Source: Fimbriimonadales bacterium
GTDB lineage: Bacteria; Armatimonadota; Fimbriimonadia; Fimbriimonadales; ATM1
Length of the DNA: 52,834 nt
NCBI GenBank assembly: GCA_051003155.1
Contig: JBPCLO010000016.1
Span: 1-52,834, forward strand
Reading direction: 5' to 3'
The translations under genes were made by a program, and so were the position numbers. The notes beneath the pieces were generated by a model that worked only from the letters and a program-made list of their open reading frames with translations, ran no database searches and had not been told where the DNA came from. Numbering within the stretch: position 1 is the stretch's first letter; each line of letters starts with the position of its first letter. Of the stretch, positions 47,343 through 52,834 are shown piece after piece.

Positions 47343-48659
47343 ATGGACCTGTCTGACACAATCGTCGCCCCAATCACCGGTCAGCAGCGAGCGCCGGTTG
47401 CCCTCATACGCGTTAGCGGCGATAAGTCATGGGAAATTGCCGCCAAGCTCTTCCCCGCTGCCGGCCAGGACCCGAATCATACGTACTTCGGACACATTGT
47501 CGTTGGTGGCGAAGAATTCGACGAAGGCTATCTGACACTCTTCGAAAAGGGGCGCAGCTACACAGAGGAGGACTCTTTTGAGGTGAGCTGCCATGGGAGC
47601 CCGGAGACCGTGCGCAGGATAATCGCGGCGATAATCGACATCGGAGCGCGTGCGGCTCGACCAGGCGAGTTCACCGAGAGGGCGTTCCTGAATGGCCGGA
47701 TCGACCTCACAAGGGCGGAGGCTGTGCGGGAAACAATCGAAGCGGCAAGCGAGGCTCAGCGACGGCGCGCAACTCAGCTGAGAGAAGGGCGCCTCGCCGA
47801 CGAGGTCAAGTCGATCCAGGAGCAGGTCGGCACAGAACTCGCGCGGGCCGAAGCCACGGTCGACTTCTCGGAAGAAATCGGCGACCTCGACCGCAACTCG
47901 GCACGGGCAAACCTGGGGCAGGCGGTTGTAGGAATCGACAAGCTCCTAAGCGGCTACCATGCATCGCGCCTTATTCGAGAGGGCCTTCGCGTCGCAATCG
48001 TCGGGAGGCCGAACGTCGGCAAGTCAAGCCTGCTGAACGCGCTTCTCGGGATGGATCGGGCCATCGTGACGGATATACCGGGTACGACCCGGGATACCAT
48101 CGAAGAGACCGCTTCGATCGCCGGGTACCCGGTCGTCCTCACCGACACCGCAGGACTAAGAGAGGCGGGAGACGCGATTGAGCTCATCGGGGTCGAGCGC
48201 TCGCGAGCCACCATCGATGCCTCCGACCAGATTTGGTTCGTGTATGAAGCCCCCGCGGGCTGGACGAGCAACGACGAAACCCTAGCTGAATCGCTCAGCC
48301 GTCCGCCGGGACTTCTGATCGCGAACAAGATCGACCTGGGCATAGCCAAGCGGCTTCCAGATTCCGTTATGGTATCGGCAACGTCGGGCATCGGGCTCGA
48401 AGCGCTTGAGCACCATGTGGAAGCGACCTTCGACGTGGGCGAGGGGCTCGCCCTTGTCAATGAACGCCACCGCGAGGACCTTGCCGCTGCAAGGATCCAA
48501 GTCGAGCAGGCTCGCGAGACACTTTGTTCCGATATGCCCACCGACCTCGCATGTGTCGACCTTTACGGAGCGATCCAAACCCTCGGCAGAATCACCGGTG
48601 AAACTGCGCCTGACGAGATCATCGAGCGCGTTTTCCGCGACTTCTGCATCGGCAAGTGA
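47343..48659 (+). CDS. mnmE: tRNA modification GTPase MnmE
   Basis: DTIVA, PGEFTERAFLNG, GRPNVGKSS, IPGTTRD, DTAG, NKID, FCIGK. Confidence 0.97.
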   Translation: MDLSDTIVAPITGQQRAPVALIRVSGDKSWEIAAKLFPAAGQDPNHTYFGHIVVGGEEFDEGYLTLFEKGRSYTEEDSFEVSCHGSPETVRRIIAAIIDIGARAARPGEFTERAFLNGRIDLTRAEAVRETIEAASEAQRRRATQLREGRLADEVKSIQEQVGTELARAEATVDFSEEIGDLDRNSARANLGQAVVGIDKLLSGYHASRLIREGLRVAIVGRPNVGKSSLLNALLGMDRAIVTDIPGTTRDTIEETASIAGYPVVLTDTAGLREAGDAIELIGVERSRATIDASDQIWFVYEAPAGWTSNDETLAESLSRPPGLLIANKIDLGIAKRLPDSVMVSATSGIGLEALEHHVEATFDVGEGLALVNERHREDLAAARIQVEQARETLCSDMPTDLACVDLYGAIQTLGRITGETAPDEIIERVFRDFCIGK

Positions 48660-48685
48660 GCAGGTAGAATCCAAGCTCAATCATC

Positions 48686-48761
48686 GGCGCCGTACCCAAG
48701 TGGCTAAGGGAAGGGTCTGCAAAACCCTCATTCAGCAGTTCGAATCTGCTCGGCGCCTCCA
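48686..48761 (+). tRNA. tRNA-Cys(GCA)
   Basis: GGCGCCG acceptor, CTGCAAA anticodon loop, GTTCGAATC, TCCA end. Confidence 0.95.
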
Positions 48762-48821
48762 ACGCCCGTTTGCGAGCTCGAATCGCGAAGGCATAATGGC
48801 CCGTCCATTCGGTTAGTCCGC

Positions 48822-49565
48822 ATGAGCCATCTGAAGGAAAACGAATCGCTCTCCCCCGCAGGCATCGCCACGCCGCCGCCTTTGCGGGTCGAGTCTGACG
48901 CATTCGCCGGATCGCTTGTGACGCTCTTCCATCTGGCAAGGGATGGCCGTGTCGACCTTGTGAACATTCCGCTCCTGCCGGTTTGTACCGCGTATGTCGA
49001 ATACTTGGATGAAGTCGCCGGAGATGATGTAGATGCAGCGGGCGCGGCGCTCCTCGCTCTCGCTTACTTGGTCGAGCGAAAAGCGTGGTCGCTGCTGCCA
49101 ATCGCCGAGCCGCCTCCGCCCCAGGAAATGCCTGAGCTACCCGATGCGACCGCTCATGAATACGCGCAGGCGGTGGACAATTTGGAAGAATGGCGCCAAG
49201 AGCGTAGCCTCATGTTTTTCCGGCAAGCCGAAGGGTCGGCGACCTATGAGATTCCGTTCGAGATCGGCAAGATCAAACCGGAAGACCTAACGCGCACGCT
49301 GGAAAGGCTCCTAAGCAAAGCCGCGTCAGAACCGATCGCGCAGCTTGGTTCGCCGCGACCTTCGCTCGCCGACCTAATGGAGTCGATCCTCAGGGGGGTC
49401 CGCGAACGTGGAAGATCGACGATCGAGCAGATGCTTCCCAAGATTTACACACGTCTCGACGTCGTTTTCGTATTCCTGGCCGTCCTGGAATTGCTTAGAA
49501 TTGGACAATTGGGAGCAAGAATGGTCGATGGAGACGTAATCTTTGCCAAGGTAGAGAGATCATGA
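48822..49565 (+). CDS. scpA: Segregation and condensation protein A
   Basis: F.GSL..L..L, L.YL.E.K..SLLP, FLAVLELL; adjacent to scpB. Confidence 0.85.
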   Translation: MSHLKENESLSPAGIATPPPLRVESDAFAGSLVTLFHLARDGRVDLVNIPLLPVCTAYVEYLDEVAGDDVDAAGAALLALAYLVERKAWSLLPIAEPPPPQEMPELPDATAHEYAQAVDNLEEWRQERSLMFFRQAEGSATYEIPFEIGKIKPEDLTRTLERLLSKAASEPIAQLGSPRPSLADLMESILRGVRERGRSTIEQMLPKIYTRLDVVFVFLAVLELLRIGQLGARMVDGDVIFAKVERS

Positions 49566-50098
49566 ACGGATTGCATGAAGCCCTCGAAGCTCTACTCTTT
49601 GTTTCGGATTCACCGGTATCTGTGGAAGAGTTGGCCCACGCTTGTGACCGCCCCGTGCGCGACACCGAAGCCGCGCTGACTTCTCTCGCCGTCCGCATGG
49701 AAGAGTCCGGAGGGCTGCAACTCGTCCAAATCGCGGGTGGCTACCAAGTTTGCACAAAGGAGTACCACGCAGAGGCGATTGCACGGCTGCTGCGCCCAAG
49801 CCGTCAGCGGCTAAGCAAATCCGCCCTCGAAGTCTTGGCGATCGTGGCTTATCGACAACCGATCACGTTGGCGGAAATCGACGCCGTTCGCGGCGTTCAA
49901 AGCGATCATGGCGTCCGTAGCCTCGTGGATAAAGACTTGGTTGAAGAAGTCGACCGCCGTCAAGCTCCGGGAAGGCCGATCTTGTATGGAACCACCAGAC
50001 ACTTCCTGCACCAGTTCAAGCTGAACGACCTAACGGACCTGCCTCCTTTGCAAACGCAAATGGAGACCGAACCGGAGCTGGAGGAGGTAACGGCGTGA
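49562..50098 (+). CDS. scpB: Segregation and condensation protein B
   Basis: EALLFVS, LSKSALEVLAIVAYRQPIT, RGV, PGRPILYGTT. Confidence 0.95.
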   Translation: MNGLHEALEALLFVSDSPVSVEELAHACDRPVRDTEAALTSLAVRMEESGGLQLVQIAGGYQVCTKEYHAEAIARLLRPSRQRLSKSALEVLAIVAYRQPITLAEIDAVRGVQSDHGVRSLVDKDLVEEVDRRQAPGRPILYGTTRHFLHQFKLNDLTDLPPLQTQMETEPELEEVTA

Positions 50099-51252
50099 AG
50101 GCATTTGTGTTTGCTGTGGGGCTATTTGCCGCTACATCCGCGTGTACGCAACCGGTCGTGGGCGCCAAGAGCGCCATCGTCATGGACGCAGCCACGGGAG
50201 CGATCTTATTCGAAAAAAATGCGCGAGCTACTCGATACCCAGCGAGCACAACGAAGGTTATGACGGCGCTCTTGCTCATCGAACACGTCAAACCAGGCGC
50301 GATGATTACAGCCCCTTTGGATGTCAAAGAAGTTACGGGGTCAAGCCTGCACCTCAGGCCGGGTGAGCAGTTGACCCGCGAAGATGCCCTTTACGCCCTA
50401 ATGCTTCGCAGCGCGAACGACGTCGCGCACACGGTCGCCGTCCATATCGGGGGTTCGGATATCAAATTTGCTGCTTTGATGAACAAGCGGGCGACGGAAC
50501 TCGGCTGCGTCAACACACGCTTCCGCAATCCTCACGGCTTGAATGACGACGGCCACTCGACGTGTGCGTTCGACCTCGTGACCATCGCGCGCGAAGCGAT
50601 GAAGAATGACGTCTTTCGCAGGACCGTCCGCGCTCCGAGCTGGGTTGTGTTGCGTTCGATCAACCAGGAAGATACGCTGGTTCAAAACACCAATAAGCTG
50701 CTTGACTTTGATCCGTTCATCGAAGGCATAAAGACCGGTTTTACGAAGCCGGCCGGCCGGTGCTTCGTCGGCGCTAAATCGGTCGATAGCTGGAGGCTCC
50801 TCTCGGTTGTCCTCAACAGCCCGAACTGGCCCAAAGACACCAAGTCGATGTTCGATTGGGCTTTTACCGAATTGCAACGGTCGGAACCGATGCATAAGGG
50901 GCAATGGGTGGGCAACGCTCCGGTGCGTTCGGGGGTGTCGGCAACGATGCCCTCCGTTCTCGCGCAAGACTTCTTTGTTATCTTTCGAAGGGACCACACC
51001 GGCGGCCGGCCGACAATAGAATGGGTTGAGGCGCGCGCTCCCCTCCAGAGGGGTCAGGTGCTCGGATACGTCAATGCCACAAGCTTTGACGGCCAACGAG
51101 TCCGAGCCGCAATCGTGTCTACCGACGATATGCCCGGCGCACCACCTTGGCAGGCGCTCGCCGCGATTGGCGCAGTGTGTGGCAGCGTCGTCTTCGGCCT
51201 GAGAAGACGGCGTCGTCCTCGTCCTCGGCACCGCCGCCAAAATGCCCGATAG
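50095..51252 (+). CDS. D-alanyl-D-alanine carboxypeptidase (peptidase S11) with C-terminal TM anchor
   Basis: PASTTK (SxxK), SAN (SxN), NPHGL, KTG. Confidence 0.93.
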   Translation: MKAFVFAVGLFAATSACTQPVVGAKSAIVMDAATGAILFEKNARATRYPASTTKVMTALLLIEHVKPGAMITAPLDVKEVTGSSLHLRPGEQLTREDALYALMLRSANDVAHTVAVHIGGSDIKFAALMNKRATELGCVNTRFRNPHGLNDDGHSTCAFDLVTIAREAMKNDVFRRTVRAPSWVVLRSINQEDTLVQNTNKLLDFDPFIEGIKTGFTKPAGRCFVGAKSVDSWRLLSVVLNSPNWPKDTKSMFDWAFTELQRSEPMHKGQWVGNAPVRSGVSATMPSVLAQDFFVIFRRDHTGGRPTIEWVEARAPLQRGQVLGYVNATSFDGQRVRAAIVSTDDMPGAPPWQALAAIGAVCGSVVFGLRRRRRPRPRHRRQNAR

Positions 51253-52012
51253 GCTCCACAAGGTTATGGCGGCCGCGGGCATCGCGAGCCGCAGGAAGAG
51301 CGAAGAGATCATAGCGGCGGGACGCGTCAAGGTCAACGGCAAGACGGTGCGCGATATGGGCGTATCGGTCGACCTGAACGTCGACAAGGTGCAGGTTGAT
51401 GGGCGTGTGCTCCACCCGCAGCGCCACCTCATCCTCGCGATGAACAAGCCGCGTGGTGTGGTGACGACAATGAGCGACGAGCTGGGACGGAAGACAGTCG
51501 CCGATCTCTTGCCGGATATGGAGGTCACCTTGAAGCCGGTAGGCAGACTCGACAAGGATAGCGAGGGCCTGTTGCTATTCACTAATGACGGTGACTTGTC
51601 AGCTTTGCTTACGCATCCGAAGCACGGAGTATGGAAGGCCTATCACGTCATCGCCAAGGGCCAAGTAACAATGCGAGACATCGAGGAGCTTAGGCGCGGA
51701 GTGTGGATTCCGATCGGCGATGCGCCCAGGCCCGGTGAGCGCAGGCGCGGCAAGAAGACGTCTCCCGCAAAAGCTGAGTTGATGTTTTTCGACCCGAAAC
51801 GGGGGGTTTCCGGCGTCGAAATCTCGATCCACGAGGGTGCGAAGAGGCAGGTCCGGCTTATGTTGGAATCGCTCGGTAAAGACGTCACGGAGTTGAAGCG
51901 AACCAAATTCGGGCCTATTTCGCTGGGTAAACTCCCGCCGGGTGCCTGTCGAATGCTTTCGAAATCGGAAGAGACAAAACTGCGGCGCGAAGCCTCAAGT
52001 GGTGTGGGTTAA
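51242..52012 (+). CDS. rluB: rRNA pseudouridine synthase with S4 domain (RluB/RsuA family)
   Basis: RLHK..A.AGIASRR, NKPRG, GRLDKDSEGLLLFTNDG; follows scpAB. Confidence 0.88.
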   Translation: MPDRLHKVMAAAGIASRRKSEEIIAAGRVKVNGKTVRDMGVSVDLNVDKVQVDGRVLHPQRHLILAMNKPRGVVTTMSDELGRKTVADLLPDMEVTLKPVGRLDKDSEGLLLFTNDGDLSALLTHPKHGVWKAYHVIAKGQVTMRDIEELRRGVWIPIGDAPRPGERRRGKKTSPAKAELMFFDPKRGVSGVEISIHEGAKRQVRLMLESLGKDVTELKRTKFGPISLGKLPPGACRMLSKSEETKLRREASSGVG

Positions 52013-52018
52013 GCACCA

Positions 52019-52046
52019 AATCGGCCGCCTCCATAGGCGGTCGATT
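52019..52046 (+). terminator. Hairpin after rluB
   Basis: AATCGGCCGCCT-ccat-AGGCGGTCGATT. Confidence 0.6.
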
Positions 52047-52326
52047 CATGCTCGAACGATTCGCCGTTATTTCCATCGACGGTGCTTGACTTGCTCAAGG
52101 GCCTGAAAGTCGATAACGACGCCTGTGCCGAAATTGCACCGACAATCTAACAGCCGATCATAGGAACTTACGGCATTTTCATAGTTCTTATTTTCTCCAG
52201 TGATTTTTTCCGTTCAAAGGGGAACGGCTAACTCTGATGGGCACCCCAGGGCGGGTTTGTGCCTATGAATGCCCGCAAATGTCTTGGTTTCCGATCGTTT
52301 GTAGGCGCATGGCGTAGAATAAATGC

Positions 52327-52692
52327 ATGGATTCGGTCTTTGTGGAGGGATTGGAACTCGAAGGTTTCCACGGCTTCTACGATGCTGAGCGGAACGAGGG
52401 CAACAATTTCCGTTTCGACGTGCGCCTGTACCTGGACACAAGGCCCGCGGGAAACAGCGACGAGTTGGACCAAACCGTGGATTACAGCGAAGCGGTCGGC
52501 ATCATCCGCGACGTCGTGGGCGGTTCCAAGGTCAAGCTCGTCGAGGCGCTCGCAGAGAAAACCGCATCTTCCTTGATGGCGAAGCTACCCGCGGTGGTCA
52601 GCGTACATATCAAGCTTTCAAAGCTGCACCCTCCCCTCCTTTCGTCCGCCCAGGCCGCGGGCGTAGAGATCACGCGATCGCGCGGAGCTTAG
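52327..52692 (+). CDS. folB: Dihydroneopterin aldolase
   Basis: GFHG..DAER, SDEL..TVDY, LVEALAE, K..PP. Confidence 0.93.
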   Translation: MDSVFVEGLELEGFHGFYDAERNEGNNFRFDVRLYLDTRPAGNSDELDQTVDYSEAVGIIRDVVGGSKVKLVEALAEKTASSLMAKLPAVVSVHIKLSKLHPPLLSSAQAAGVEITRSRGA

Positions 52693-52834
52693 CCGCGGCG
52701 TCGAGTACGTCGCGTATTTGCAGGTTAGCCACATCGCCGTCGGCCGGCGTCAGCCGCACCAGGTTCGGGTTGGGAGGCGACCACAAACGGTCGAAGCCTC
52801 GCCGGTACAAGCCTACCGTGGGCACGTCGTTCGC
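52670..52834 (-). CDS. C-terminal end of a probable GT9 (heptosyltransferase-like) glycosyltransferase, truncated by the window
   Basis: ANDVPTVGLY......WSPP...LQIRDVLDAA..L*. Confidence 0.5.
   Translation of the reverse strand, partial: ANDVPTVGLYRRGFDRLWSPPNPNLVRLTPADGDVANLQIRDVLDAAAKLRAIA

Overview
A 52.8 kb chromosomal segment of a GC-rich bacterium, most likely Armatimonadota (Fimbriimonadia-like). This taxonomy is inferred from the [24 protein letters not shown] pseudopilin, the PEP-CTERM proteins with QQVG repeats and the overall gene content. Housekeeping genes include hppA, sucD, a cysteine desulfurase, an RpoD-family sigma factor, gcvPA/gcvPB, ogt, dapA, asd, ispE, pckA, mnmE, scpAB, a DD-carboxypeptidase, rluB, folB, tRNA-Ile2 and tRNA-Cys. 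These are interleaved with secreted or surface accessory genes, several of which are frameshifted or decayed. I saw no CRISPR array, rRNA, integrase or transposase. The strongest signal is a complete TPP (thi-box) riboswitch with a terminator/antiterminator platform controlling a stand-alone prepilin-type (DUF1559/H-X9-DG-like) protein, suggesting pseudopilin-linked thiamine acquisition. Other notable items: a MarR with a Cys-rich tail coupled to the desulfurase; an H+-PPase with a ~245-aa insert; an RpoD-family sigma with an altered region 2.4 behind a layered ECF/CRP-like/sigma70 promoter; a shared ECF promoter motif; a DUF4331-TPR cassette flanked by two paralogous ECF sigmas with no anti-sigma; a probable CTG start; and widespread leaderless promoters. 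Family assignments come from motif recognition by eye, with no database searches.
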